From Syntrophorhabdaceae bacterium (GTDB lineage Bacteria > Desulfobacterota > Syntrophorhabdia > Syntrophorhabdales > Syntrophorhabdaceae), in contig DATKMQ010000063.1 in the NCBI GenBank assembly GCA_035541755.1, positions 13,364 through 77,363 of the forward strand: DNA of 64,000 bases, written 5' to 3'. The notes beneath the pieces are model-generated. The model was not told the origin of the DNA. It did not search any database and saw only the letters and a list, made by a program, of their open reading frames with translations. Positions 43,831 to 53,962 of this stretch are shown here, one piece after another. The translations under genes were made by a program, and so were the position numbers. Numbering within the stretch: the first letter of the stretch is position 1; every line of letters starts with the position of its first letter.

Positions 43831-45074
43831 GGCTCCAACCTCTGTTGTCTTAATTCGATCATTTCTCTGAAGAGAGGGTCCGACACAGGCATAAGCGGCA
43901 CCCGGCTCAAGAAACATTTGAAACAAAGTCCAGAGGCGCCGAAGTATCCAGCAGTGATGAGTATTTCTGTGAACCCGAGAGGGAATTCATTCTGTCGCCA
44001 GAGGGAAGGGGCCACGAGTATGAGTTTTTCGAGCCACATACCCGTGAGGATCATAAGGCAAAGCAGAATCATAGGCACTCTTTTCAGCTTTATTCTTCTG
44101 CTCAAAAGCACGAAAAACGGTATCAAAAATATCATGAACAGGACGACCCAGGCGAGCGGCTCCCAGGGGGTAAGCTTAACCCTGAGGATCACGTAACGCG
44201 TCTCCGCCGGCAGGTTTCCGTACCATATGGTGAGGAACTGGGCGTAGAACAAGTATCCCGTAAACAGGCAGAATGCGAGGGTGAGCTTTCCCAGGTCATG
44301 GAAATGTCTTTCGCCCTGGTAATCATTCGGTCTTAAGGTTCGTTGCATAACAAGTGCAATCAGGTAGAGTGCGGCAACGCCCGCGTAGAATGAACCCACC
44401 AGGAAATATCCCCCGAGAAGGGTGGAATACCAGTGCGCATCAAGGGCCATGATCAGATCGAATCCGATAAGCGTCAGGACAAATGTGTATGCGATTACGA
44501 GGATGGGCGATAAGGTTTTCTGTTTCCTCCAGCTCGCGAGCCATGGACTGGAGCTCTTGTCCTCGCCGGTCGCGTCCCGCGAATTCGCTTGAGATGCGCT
44601 CCACTCGGAATCGCCTTTCACGGAAAAGAAGATCATAGTCAGTGCGATTACCGTAAGAAGGAGGAGACCTCCCCCGTCGCGGGCAAACAGAAACGGTACG
44701 TTGAGCCAGACGGCCCTATCGGGCACGGGCTGTTTGATCCAGGGAAAAAGCTCCATCCTGCCGAAATAGAGTATCCAGAAGAGAACAAAGGCCACGGGTA
44801 GAAATGCGCCGAAGGCCTCGGCAAACCTTTTGAGCGGGCGTCCCCACCGCGCGCCCACTATATTGAGTACAGCCACAAATACGAGAGCACCGCAGGACAG
44901 GCCTGTCCAGAAAAGGAAATTCACCAGGTAAGCCTGCCAGGCCCTGAGCGGGTTTTTTCCAAGGACACCCGCAACGAAAGAGACCACCCCGGTAAGAACC
45001 AGAATCGCGAGCGCGAGGTTCGTAAGATGTGACCCCTTGAATCTCCTCTTACCCGCCACGCTACCAGGCAACAT
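43827..45074 (-). CDS. actF: NrfD-like polytopic membrane subunit, ActF-like
   Basis: About 10 TM helices, a paralogue of the 45563 product. Start set at ATG 45074 ('MLPGSVAGKRRF...'). The ORF-track start (45392) would overlap actD by 330 nt. Confidence 0.7.
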   Translation of the reverse strand: MLPGSVAGKRRFKGSHLTNLALAILVLTGVVSFVAGVLGKNPLRAWQAYLVNFLFWTGLSCGALVFVAVLNIVGARWGRPLKRFAEAFGAFLPVAFVLFWILYFGRMELFPWIKQPVPDRAVWLNVPFLFARDGGGLLLLTVIALTMIFFSVKGDSEWSASQANSRDATGEDKSSSPWLASWRKQKTLSPILVIAYTFVLTLIGFDLIMALDAHWYSTLLGGYFLVGSFYAGVAALYLIALVMQRTLRPNDYQGERHFHDLGKLTLAFCLFTGYLFYAQFLTIWYGNLPAETRYVILRVKLTPWEPLAWVVLFMIFLIPFFVLLSRRIKLKRVPMILLCLMILTGMWLEKLILVAPSLWRQNEFPLGFTEILITAGYFGASGLCFKCFLSRVPLMPVSDPLFREMIELRQQRLEP

Positions 45075-45573
45075 TGCGCACCTCTCCTGCACCGGATTCC
45101 TTAAGCAGTTTCCGTATCTCTTCCTGTTCGCTCCGAGAGCACGCAACAAGCACCCCGAAGCGGTCCTGAGAAAAAACCGGGTCGTATCCGCTGGCCGTGG
45201 CACGCCTCGGCAGGCGTCCCAAAAAGATCCAGGCCGCGACACTCGCAAGCACGCCTCCGAGGATAGTTCCTTCAAAGCAGACGATGACCCAGGGCACCCA
45301 GGGTAGAACCGGTTTCCCGCTCGTAATAAGGCTAAATGAAAGATGGGCATATATCGCGAGACCCAATAGCCCGAGACCACCTCCGATCCCACCCAAAAGA
45401 GTAATCAAACGAGCTCTACTCGGCCTCTTTGCCAGTATCTCATCTATCTCCGGGATATAGAGGGGAGAAAAGACCGTTTCGATCTTTCTCGCACCCGAGG
45501 TAAGACCCCGAAGGGCGAAAAGGAAATCGTCAACGTAGGTAAACAGGCCCAAAAGCCCCTCCCTATGCGCCAT
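45061..45573 (-). CDS. actD: DUF3341 membrane subunit, ActD-like
   Basis: 170 aa. 'GLLGLFTYVDDFLFALRGL' and two central TM helices. SD GGAGGA. Confidence 0.72.
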   Translation of the reverse strand: MAHREGLLGLFTYVDDFLFALRGLTSGARKIETVFSPLYIPEIDEILAKRPSRARLITLLGGIGGGLGLLGLAIYAHLSFSLITSGKPVLPWVPWVIVCFEGTILGGVLASVAAWIFLGRLPRRATASGYDPVFSQDRFGVLVACSRSEQEEIRKLLKESGAGEVRNVAW

Positions 45574-46897
45574 GATAGTCCTCCTTCGGACGGATTGGGG
45601 CGCCCGCCTCTGCCTTAAGTTCGGTTATGGCGATCGACGGCAGGAATTTGACGAAGAGTAAGAACAGAAAGAAGAATAGACAGAATGACCCAAAAGTAAT
45701 GGACCAATCCACCCAGTTCGGCCAGTAGTTCCCCCACGCAAACGGCAGATAGTCTCTCGCCATGGAACCGCAGATGATCACGAAACGCTCGAGCCACATG
45801 CCGATATTTATCAGTATGGAGATGGCAAAAAGCCAGGCAGGGCTCGTCCGCACCCTCTTTATGAAGAAAAACAGGGGGGCGACGGCGTTGCAGCCTGCCA
45901 TGATCCAAAAGAGCGGTGCGTAGTAACCGATCGCCCTGAAAAGAAAAGTCTGTCGCTCGAAGACGTTGCCGCTGTACCACGCGACAAAAGGCTCAACTAC
46001 GTAGGCGTAGGCCACAATGAGGCCCATGAGGATCGAGGTCTTTGCCACCTTCTCAAGCGTGTCGATCGTAATCACCGACTCCAGATGAAAGAAACGCCGA
46101 AGGGGTATGAGAAGGGAGAGCACCATGGCAAGGCCCGAGTGGATGGCCCCGGCCACAAAATAGGGCGGAAAGATCGTACTGTGATAGCCCGGTATAATGG
46201 CGAGCGCAAAGTCCCAGGAGACCACACTGTGTACCGAGATGACAAGCGGCGTGCAGAGCGCTGCAAGGAGAAGATAGGACATACCGTAATGGTGCCATTG
46301 CCGGTCTGTGCCCGACCAGCCAAGCGAGAATAAGCCGTAGATCTTCTTTCGAATGCCCGTCATCCGATCGCGGGCGGTCGCAAGGTCGGGGACAAGCCCC
46401 GTGTACCAGAACAAGAGGCTTGCCGTCATGTAGGTTGAAACGGCAAGAAAGTCAAAGATGAGCGGCGATTGGAAGTCTGGCCAGAGCGTGCGCTGATTCG
46501 GATATGGAATGATCCAATAGAAGACCCAGAAGCGACCAAGGTGTATGAGGGGAAACAGGGATGCGATGAGCACCGCAAAGATTGTCATCGCCTCTGCGCT
46601 TCTCGAAATGCTTGTACGAAAGCGCGCACGAAACAGAAAAAGGATGGCCGATATGAGTGTGCCGGAATGGGCGATTCCGATCCAGAAAACAAAGTCTACG
46701 AGATAAGCCCCCCAGAGCACCGGCGGCCTATATCCGGCAACACCCATGCCTGTAAGTATCTGGTAGGGCCATACGACGAAATAGCCGTAGATCACCCCCA
46801 GTAACAGAAGACCGACTATCACCCAGTAAGTCCGCCCGGCAGGTGCGAGCGTGTTAAGAATCTTCCGGTCTACCTCGTGAAAGGCGAGTCTCTCCAC
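45563..46897 (-). CDS. actC: NrfD/PsrC-family quinol-interacting membrane subunit, ActC-like
   Basis: 444 aa, about 10 TM. The GTG start shares 1 nt with the actB stop. Confidence 0.82.
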   Translation of the reverse strand: MERLAFHEVDRKILNTLAPAGRTYWVIVGLLLLGVIYGYFVVWPYQILTGMGVAGYRPPVLWGAYLVDFVFWIGIAHSGTLISAILFLFRARFRTSISRSAEAMTIFAVLIASLFPLIHLGRFWVFYWIIPYPNQRTLWPDFQSPLIFDFLAVSTYMTASLLFWYTGLVPDLATARDRMTGIRKKIYGLFSLGWSGTDRQWHHYGMSYLLLAALCTPLVISVHSVVSWDFALAIIPGYHSTIFPPYFVAGAIHSGLAMVLSLLIPLRRFFHLESVITIDTLEKVAKTSILMGLIVAYAYVVEPFVAWYSGNVFERQTFLFRAIGYYAPLFWIMAGCNAVAPLFFFIKRVRTSPAWLFAISILINIGMWLERFVIICGSMARDYLPFAWGNYWPNWVDWSITFGSFCLFFFLFLLFVKFLPSIAITELKAEAGAPIRPKEDYHGA

Positions 46898-49869
46898 TAG
46901 ACGCCTCCCACCGTATCCTGCAGCATCTTAAGACGTATCTTCTTCAGATATATCACGCCGGGCTTGGTATTCAGTTCACCAAGCACCTGATAGGCCCTCG
47001 ATTCCCGAACCGCGCGCGCAACCCGGCTTGCCGGGTCCATGAGATTTCCAAAAATCAACGCATCCGCAGGGCAGGTCTGTACACACGCGGGGGAGATTTC
47101 GCCGTCCCGTATTCGTCTATCCTCGCGTCTCGCCCGGATTCGTGCCTCGTTGATACGTTGGATGCAGAAGGAACACTTCTCCATGACGCCCTTTGTCCTT
47201 GCCGTTACGTCGGGGTTAAGCTGCCACTCCAGCGGCGGGTCGTGGGTGAAGGTGAACCAGTTAAACCGACGCACCTTGTACGGGCAGTTCTGGCTGCAGA
47301 AGCGTGTTCCGATGCATCGATTATAGACCTGGTTGTTGATCCCCTCTAAGCTGTGATTTGGCGCAAAGACAGGACAGACCGCCTCGCAGGGGGCCTCGTC
47401 GCAGTGCTGGCAGAGCATAGGGAGAAAGCGGACCAAAGGTTCCGATTTGTCGAAGTATCGTTGTATGTGAAGCCACGCCATTTCCCTGCCCTTGATCACC
47501 TGTTTTCTTCCTACAACCGCCACGTTGTTTTCTGCATAGCAGGCTACCACACAGGCGCCGCAGCCTATGCACCTGTCAAGGTCCACGGCCATGCACCACC
47601 GGTATCCATCATGCTTGTGAGCGGGATAGAAATCGCGCTCCGCCACGAAACCCTTTGACAGAGGAAGCACCACATCGGGTTTGTGCCGCGGGCTCGAGAC
47701 GAATTCATGCCATGTCAGCGATCTTGCGATGTTGCGCTCATACTGCCAGGAGGCGCCGTCCGTATGCGCGAATGCAACGGATTTGCCTGTCCTTGCCACC
47801 TCCACGTGAAGGCACGGCCTTTGAACCCCTCCTGCCTCATCGAGGGTCGCCTGTAAGATGCGTATGGCGTTTCCCGTGTCGCTCGATGCGAATCGGCCGA
47901 AACTCCTTTGGCCGCATCCTATGGGCATGGCGAGCGTGTCGGGCATAATCCCCGGCCAAACAAATGCCGGCGCCTCGATTGAGTGAGAAGCACTGCGTAA
48001 GGTGAGCATGTCTCCTCTGTTTACACCGAGCCTTTTCGCAGTCTCAGGATGAACTTCTACCCATCCGTCCCAGGTAACGGCCGTGACGGGGTCGGGCAAC
48101 TCCTGCAAGAATGGTCGGTTTCCCATGCGTCCATCGAAGAACTGCACGGTGGGGTAAGAAACAAGACAGATGGCCCCTCGGACGCGGGTACGCCCTTCAT
48201 CAGTAGCAGAGAACCGGTCTTTGAGCGACGGCAAGCGGGCGGCGCTTGATGAGCCTCTGCCTTCTTTCCACAGGCCTCCCCTTCTTAAGGCTTGCTGGCA
48301 CGCTTCGTGTGTATCCCCGCCTTGCTCCCCGGTCTTTTCTTGAACCTTGAAGGAGCTGCGAAGCGCCTCAAACGTGTCCTTGTGGGGAAACGCAGCCGCA
48401 CCTTTCAGCGCACGCCCGATGGACAGAAGAATATCGCCTGGGGTCCGCGTGTCGAACACAGAGCCCATTACGGGCTGCAGCAACCCACGCATGCCCGTCC
48501 ACGGAGAATAGTCACCCCAAGATTCAAGGAACGTGTGGATCGGCATGATCAGGTGGGCGAGTGAATTTGTCTCATCGGGAAAACTCGAAAGGCTGACAAC
48601 AAGCGGCACAGACTTTAATGCCTCGGAAAATCCCCATTGATCGGGCAAATTATAGACCGGGTTCGCCCGGAGAATAAATAAAACGTCGATCTCACGGGCA
48701 CTCATCCTACCCACGAACTCCTTCATCTCTCTCGCTCGGCTCATTCGGGAAAGCGAGGATATAACGGAGAAGTCGATGGTTCCGGCCCGTGGGGGAGCGA
48801 GCCTGCAGAGGATGTTCACAGCCTTCGCAGTCTCGAAGGCGTAGGCATCCTCATAACCCAAACCTTCGGCAAGTGCAAGGGGGCGCCTGGCTCTCATAAA
48901 GGCGGCTGAGATCATTTTCAGCGTTTCTTCGCTCACGCCCGCGCGTTCTGCCACCACCTGAGTGGTAAATCCTGACACAGCCGACTTCATGCTTTCCCGA
49001 TCGTTACCATCAAGGCCGGGGGCATAGCCCTTCTCAAGAAGCATCCGGATGAGGCCTAAAGCAACCGTGGACTGCTCTCCCGGTGGCACGGCTATCCAGT
49101 GGTCGGCATTGGCGGCGGTCATGGAAAGGCGTGGGCCCACATACAGGAAAGGATGCCTGACCCCTCTCGAGAGCTCACGAAACCGGGCAAACTGACGGGC
49201 ATAACGCACGTTCGAGACCCATGTTTCGAGAAAATTTGCGCCAAAGGAAATGAGAAAATCGGCCGCGTCCAGGTTATATGACGGTATGGCATCGATGCCG
49301 AAGATCGCCTGGTTGGCCTGCCTTAAGGCCTCGTACGCCAGGGGCTCATACGTGATGTGTCCTTCCGATCCTACGGCGGATAGAAAACCACGGATTATCT
49401 CCCGCTCCACTCCCGTTGTCAGATCGCTGATAAAGGCCACGCGCTGTCCGCCCATTCCTGGTGGCAATTGAGATAGCGCGTGCGTGACTCTATTTTCCGC
49501 TTGAGACCACGTGATCGGCGTGAGTGCGCCGCTCACAGCTCTTTTTGAGGGTTGCCGGAGGCGGTCCGGATTATAGATGCCCTGAACCGATGCCTGACCT
49601 CTTGCGCAGAGTTTGCCGGTATTGACCGGGTTGAGGGGGTTCCCCTCCACTTTAATGACCCTGCCGTCACAATTCTTAGCAAGCATCCCGCATCCGGCCG
49701 GGCATTCTCTGCAGGTTGTGGCGTACCAGCTTGCCTCGCCGGGAACGATATCCTCCGGATCCGTGATGAACGGTATGAGCGTGCGTGTAGCATCTGAACA
49801 ACTCCCCAGAGAGGCGCTTAAGCCAAGGAGCCCTGCAGCCTTCAGGAACAGACGACGCGATAGGTCCAC
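46897..49869 (-). CDS. actB: Alternative complex III subunit ActB (molybdopterin-oxidoreductase-like domain fused to a 4-cluster Fe-S domain)
   Basis: 990 aa. Tat signal 'SRRLFLKAAG', 'CRECPAGCG', then C-terminal 'CIGCGACVVAC', 'CQHCDEAPCEAVCP', 'CIGTRFCSQNCPY' and 'CVQTCP'. GTG start with a GAGGG SD. Confidence 0.85.
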   Translation of the reverse strand: MDLSRRLFLKAAGLLGLSASLGSCSDATRTLIPFITDPEDIVPGEASWYATTCRECPAGCGMLAKNCDGRVIKVEGNPLNPVNTGKLCARGQASVQGIYNPDRLRQPSKRAVSGALTPITWSQAENRVTHALSQLPPGMGGQRVAFISDLTTGVEREIIRGFLSAVGSEGHITYEPLAYEALRQANQAIFGIDAIPSYNLDAADFLISFGANFLETWVSNVRYARQFARFRELSRGVRHPFLYVGPRLSMTAANADHWIAVPPGEQSTVALGLIRMLLEKGYAPGLDGNDRESMKSAVSGFTTQVVAERAGVSEETLKMISAAFMRARRPLALAEGLGYEDAYAFETAKAVNILCRLAPPRAGTIDFSVISSLSRMSRAREMKEFVGRMSAREIDVLFILRANPVYNLPDQWGFSEALKSVPLVVSLSSFPDETNSLAHLIMPIHTFLESWGDYSPWTGMRGLLQPVMGSVFDTRTPGDILLSIGRALKGAAAFPHKDTFEALRSSFKVQEKTGEQGGDTHEACQQALRRGGLWKEGRGSSSAARLPSLKDRFSATDEGRTRVRGAICLVSYPTVQFFDGRMGNRPFLQELPDPVTAVTWDGWVEVHPETAKRLGVNRGDMLTLRSASHSIEAPAFVWPGIMPDTLAMPIGCGQRSFGRFASSDTGNAIRILQATLDEAGGVQRPCLHVEVARTGKSVAFAHTDGASWQYERNIARSLTWHEFVSSPRHKPDVVLPLSKGFVAERDFYPAHKHDGYRWCMAVDLDRCIGCGACVVACYAENNVAVVGRKQVIKGREMAWLHIQRYFDKSEPLVRFLPMLCQHCDEAPCEAVCPVFAPNHSLEGINNQVYNRCIGTRFCSQNCPYKVRRFNWFTFTHDPPLEWQLNPDVTARTKGVMEKCSFCIQRINEARIRARREDRRIRDGEISPACVQTCPADALIFGNLMDPASRVARAVRESRAYQVLGELNTKPGVIYLKKIRLKMLQDTVGGV

Positions 49870-49939
49870 TCTACCCTCACATTATTCAATTTTTCGAAGA
49901 TTGACCTATTTTATACAGCGAATCCCGAGTGAAAGACAG

Positions 49940-49968
49940 GGCCGATGCTTGAGAAAGCAACATCGGCC
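49940..49968 (-). terminator. Stem-loop between the Zn-ribbon ORF and actB (terminator or attenuator candidate)
   Basis: GGCCGATG...CATCGGCC 8-bp stem extended by 3 bp after a 1-nt bulge, followed on the minus strand by CCUGUCUUUC. Confidence 0.3.
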
Positions 49969-49990
49969 GGTCTACCCCCATCAGTCATGC

Positions 49991-50176
49991 CTATTTAATC
50001 TTTTTCTTGCATCGGGTGCAGAACATAGGGTTATCATCGTGGATCGTATCTTCGGTGATGAGCTGGTTAGGCCCGGCTTCCTCCCTTTCTTCATCCGTGG
50101 CGCACACGGGACAAACGAGCGTCTTGTTCTTGAGTTGATATGCCCTGATTTCTTTCTCCTGTAGCGGTCCCTTCAT
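49991..50176 (-). CDS. Small 4-Cys Zn-ribbon protein (61 aa)
   Basis: 'CPVC'...27 residues...'CTRC'. SD AGGAAGG lies 7 nt upstream. Confidence 0.55.
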   Translation of the reverse strand: MKGPLQEKEIRAYQLKNKTLVCPVCATDEEREEAGPNQLITEDTIHDDNPMFCTRCKKKIK

Positions 50177-50312
50177 ATCTTTACCTTCCTTTTGATTGTT
50201 ATTGGCCTTTTCTTTAGGTCTTTCAATACTATGTGACAGGAGATGCGCTTAGTCAATACCACAAAGTCCTTCAAAGCGTGAGCCTCTCAAGGTACCCAGT
50301 AACCCGCGCCCC

Positions 50313-51491
50313 TCAGACTGTAAGATAGGCATCCGGGGCGAGACTCGTGGCGAGCATCGCCATATTGATATCACGGTGCTCCGTCCAGATGGCAGATTCC
50401 TGGTTTGCTGCATTAAGCCAGAACGTTTCAATTTCGTCGACGAGAGGCATATAATCTATCAACGCCTTAATGTTCCGGTAGATAACTTTTTGCCCGTCGA
50501 AGAGACGCTTCTTTTCCCTCGTGAGATCGTCCAGTTTGAAAAGCGCCTTAAGCCCGATCGAGAGGCCCAGTTCACGAAATGCGAGACGGTACTCGAGAGG
50601 CGCCTTGAGCAAACCCCTTTTGTGAGAGGACTGAATGCCCGTCAGGGCATCCGATAGTACGCTCAAAAGAAGGTGCTGGTCGTTCGAAACGCCGCTTACG
50701 ATCAATTGGGCGAGCCTGTACGAGTCCGTGAGCAAGCCCCCGATACCGAGTGGATCATCCGTGAGCCAGCTTCTCTTACGGCACATTTCAGCCATGTCTC
50801 TTAGTTCCCCGGCAAGATTCAAAACCCCGCCTCCGCCCGTGTGTCTTAAGCGGGTCGCGTCGAGACATCGGTATGTAACGTATCCATCGAGAGGGTCATG
50901 GTGTCCCATGGATGAAACGAGCGGATACGTGAGGTCCGTGCTCATCTTCCAGTACATGCGCTTTTCATGAGGCGAACCGCGGCTCGTATAGACGAAGGAG
51001 TTGTGTATCCCTTTCGCAAGTTCAATGGCCCAGGCGTTGAATTTCGCATCTTTCAACACCGCAGCGCACCTATTCAATGCGTGCATCCATTTTGTCAGAT
51101 AGTGAAAGTACTGCCCGTCCCTATCCCATTCCGCCTCGTCATCAAACGGCTCATCAGGTGCTCGTTCCCTGAGCTTCTTTCCGATCCGTAGGCCTCCTGC
51201 CGTGGGATGCAGCCTGCCCTTAGCTTCGGCAAGGCCGCTCAACCAGCCTTTTTTTCGATCATCCGGGCGATGACGGCCGAGCACCGCGTGTACCTGGTCT
51301 ACGAGATCTCTCGCAAGCTTACCGTAAAGCTGGTCCTCAGTCCTTCCGTGAAGCTCCAGGAAGTTGCAAAGGGCAAAGGCATCCGTCCAGAGATAGCGCG
51401 TAGGTTGCTTACGGGCCGGAAACAAGCCCGTGAACCGCGCAAAATCAATCATTATGTCACGGACCTGAGGTAGTGCGTCGCTTTCCAGCAT
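50313..51491 (-). CDS. Hypothetical protein (392 aa), no recognised domain
   Basis: Long ORF with no signal peptide or TM helices. Same strand as qNOR and 85 nt downstream of it. Confidence 0.65.
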   Translation of the reverse strand: MLESDALPQVRDIMIDFARFTGLFPARKQPTRYLWTDAFALCNFLELHGRTEDQLYGKLARDLVDQVHAVLGRHRPDDRKKGWLSGLAEAKGRLHPTAGGLRIGKKLRERAPDEPFDDEAEWDRDGQYFHYLTKWMHALNRCAAVLKDAKFNAWAIELAKGIHNSFVYTSRGSPHEKRMYWKMSTDLTYPLVSSMGHHDPLDGYVTYRCLDATRLRHTGGGGVLNLAGELRDMAEMCRKRSWLTDDPLGIGGLLTDSYRLAQLIVSGVSNDQHLLLSVLSDALTGIQSSHKRGLLKAPLEYRLAFRELGLSIGLKALFKLDDLTREKKRLFDGQKVIYRNIKALIDYMPLVDEIETFWLNAANQESAIWTEHRDINMAMLATSLAPDAYLTV

Positions 51492-51576
51492 GTATGTTTC
51501 ACCGGTCTGATCCCAGGCATACCCGGGGATTTGTCACACACCTCAATCTTCTCGAACGTCTCGGAAGTCACACCCC

Positions 51577-53895
51577 TTAAGGACCCCCGACTTCACGGGG
51601 GGCAAAACGGTCACCTGCGACCAGCGTCGTCTGTATATCCTTCCGCACAAAGGTACGAAGCGCTGCGATGACGAGCGGAATAACTCCCAGGCCAATAAAG
51701 ATCAGATCCGCCGGTAACCTCAGCCATTCGAGGAGGTGCATCGCGGGCACATTCAGAAAAGCAGGATTCCGTGCATGCCAGTATCCGTTATTCAATACGT
51801 CCACAAACTGCATAACTCCCGAAGGAAAAAGACTCAGGGCAACCATTAGGGCAAGACCCACATTCAAACCGAAGAACGAAACCCTGACATATTTCTCAAT
51901 ATCAGCCCATTGTCTTTCCGTCGAAGTCTGTCTCAGACCGAATACAATGTAAGCCACGCCGAGCATGCCAAACACACCCATGAGCGCGGCGTGTCCGTGG
52001 TTGGGGGTAAGATTGGTTCCAGCTTCGAAATAGCTGACGATGGGAAGGTTTATAAGGAAACCAAAGATCCCAGCCCCCACGAAATTCCAAAAACCAACCG
52101 CTATGAGAAAGAGAAACGTCCACCTGTGTGGCACAATAAGCTCTTTCCCACAAACGTCACACTTTCCATGGCCCAGCCTAATGAAATCCCACGCGTCAAG
52201 CGTAAGCAGGGTAAGCGGTACCACTTCCATAGCCGAAAATATGGCTGACAGGGCCATGTTCGTCTGTGACTGACCCGTCCAGTACCAGTGGTGTCCAGTA
52301 CCGATAATGCCGCTTCCCAGAAACAGGATCGCGTCAAGGTAGATGATCCTGGTGGCGGTCTGGCGGGAAACCATGTCCAACCGATAGAAAAGCACAGCCA
52401 CCATGACCGTTGCAAAAAGCTCGAAGAATCCCTCTACCCAAAGGTGAATGATCCAAAATCGCCAGTTATCCACAACCGTAAAATTGGTTTTGCCTGTGAA
52501 GAACATGGCCGGTACGTAGAAGAGCGGGATAGTGAGCGCGGCCATAAGAAAAAGCTTTGCGATCTCGCTCTTTGCCGGATCATTAAAGGCGCTACGGATG
52601 ATCCTGTAAACGAGAATCCACCAGATGAGCAATCCGACGGCGAGCAAAAATTGCCATGCCCTTCCGAGTTCGAGATACTCCCACCCTTGATGTCCGAGCC
52701 AGAACCAGGCTTCACCAAGTAGCTGCCTCACGCCGAACATCTCCCCAAGAAGACTGCCCAGGACGATCACGATAAGAACAAGAAACAACACATGAATCAT
52801 GATCCTCTGTGATTTGGTTTCCCTCTCTCCCAGCGAAGAGGCAAGAAAAAGCCCACCCCCAATCCAGGCCGTGACTATCCAAAAAACCGCGAGCTGCAGA
52901 TGCCAGGTACGCAGGATGTTACTTGGAAGATAATACGCGAGGTTTAAACCGTAAAAGCTTGATGGGTCAGCGCGGAAATGAGCCGTGGCGCCGCCCACAA
53001 GTGTCTGCGCAAGAAAGAGCAACGTAGCCGCTACGAAATACTTGATAGTTGCCTTCTGCGCTTGGTTCATGATCCCCGAGAGCATCCCGGGGTGAACATG
53101 TTCTCCCTTGCCCTTCCATCCGAGATAGCCGAACTTTCCGAAGGAAAAGAGCACCGCCGCGGTACCCGCGAGCAACGCAATAAGGCTCAACGCACTCCAG
53201 AGAAAGGTGTTGGCGTCGGGGTTGTTTCCTGCCACGGGATCGTATGGGAAATTGTTTGTGTATGAGTATGATTTACCTGGACGATTGGCCGCAGATGCCC
53301 AGGCGGCCCAGGCAAAAAAAGCCGTTAGCTCCTTAACATCTTTGCTGTCCGATATGGCCTTGGGTAATAGACCTCTATTCCCCACAGATTCTGCAAAATA
53401 GGCTTTCCACTTTCCTTGCTGATGTTCGTAAGAGAAAGCCTCCGGCGCGCTGAAAACGAGTATCCGCCTTGCCGGATCGTACCGGTTCTCCTTTAGGACG
53501 TCGTGCACCAAGGCTTGTACCATGGTTTTCTGTGATTCGTTGAGCCCCGGGGCATCTCTTTGGAAATATTGGTGCGCCAACAGGCCAGTCGTATCCATCG
53601 CCAATGTATGAAGATATTCCGCCGAGAAATCGGGGCCAATATAGGCCCCATGCCCCCAGATGCTACCATTTTCCATGAGTCCGTGCTTGAGAAACACTTC
53701 CTGTCCCGACATAATATCATTGCCGCTAAACAGTGTATTGCCGGAAGTATCGATAACCTTGAGCGGTACGGGTGGTGCATCCGAGTAAGCCCTAAACGCC
53801 ACCCAGAGGAGAACGGCAAAACAGGCTACGACTATAAAGACGACCGAACGCCGCCACCAGAGAGACAGCGTCTCAGCTTGTTCTGACGAGTTCAT
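51577..53895 (-). CDS. norZ: Quinol-dependent nitric oxide reductase (qNOR, single-subunit NorZ/NorB type)
   Basis: 772 aa. N-terminal TM plus a heme-less cytochrome-c-like extension 'GQEVFLKHGLMENGSIWGHGAYIGPDF', then a 12-TM heme-copper-oxidase-like core with 'HLWVEG' and 'GHHWYW'. Confidence 0.88.
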   Translation of the reverse strand: MNSSEQAETLSLWWRRSVVFIVVACFAVLLWVAFRAYSDAPPVPLKVIDTSGNTLFSGNDIMSGQEVFLKHGLMENGSIWGHGAYIGPDFSAEYLHTLAMDTTGLLAHQYFQRDAPGLNESQKTMVQALVHDVLKENRYDPARRILVFSAPEAFSYEHQQGKWKAYFAESVGNRGLLPKAISDSKDVKELTAFFAWAAWASAANRPGKSYSYTNNFPYDPVAGNNPDANTFLWSALSLIALLAGTAAVLFSFGKFGYLGWKGKGEHVHPGMLSGIMNQAQKATIKYFVAATLLFLAQTLVGGATAHFRADPSSFYGLNLAYYLPSNILRTWHLQLAVFWIVTAWIGGGLFLASSLGERETKSQRIMIHVLFLVLIVIVLGSLLGEMFGVRQLLGEAWFWLGHQGWEYLELGRAWQFLLAVGLLIWWILVYRIIRSAFNDPAKSEIAKLFLMAALTIPLFYVPAMFFTGKTNFTVVDNWRFWIIHLWVEGFFELFATVMVAVLFYRLDMVSRQTATRIIYLDAILFLGSGIIGTGHHWYWTGQSQTNMALSAIFSAMEVVPLTLLTLDAWDFIRLGHGKCDVCGKELIVPHRWTFLFLIAVGFWNFVGAGIFGFLINLPIVSYFEAGTNLTPNHGHAALMGVFGMLGVAYIVFGLRQTSTERQWADIEKYVRVSFFGLNVGLALMVALSLFPSGVMQFVDVLNNGYWHARNPAFLNVPAMHLLEWLRLPADLIFIGLGVIPLVIAALRTFVRKDIQTTLVAGDRFAPREVGGP

Positions 53896-53962
53896 AAATA
53901 CCTCTCTCGCTTCGCCGCAGTAGGTTGACAGCCGAATTCATTTGTCTCGAAGTCATAAAGAC

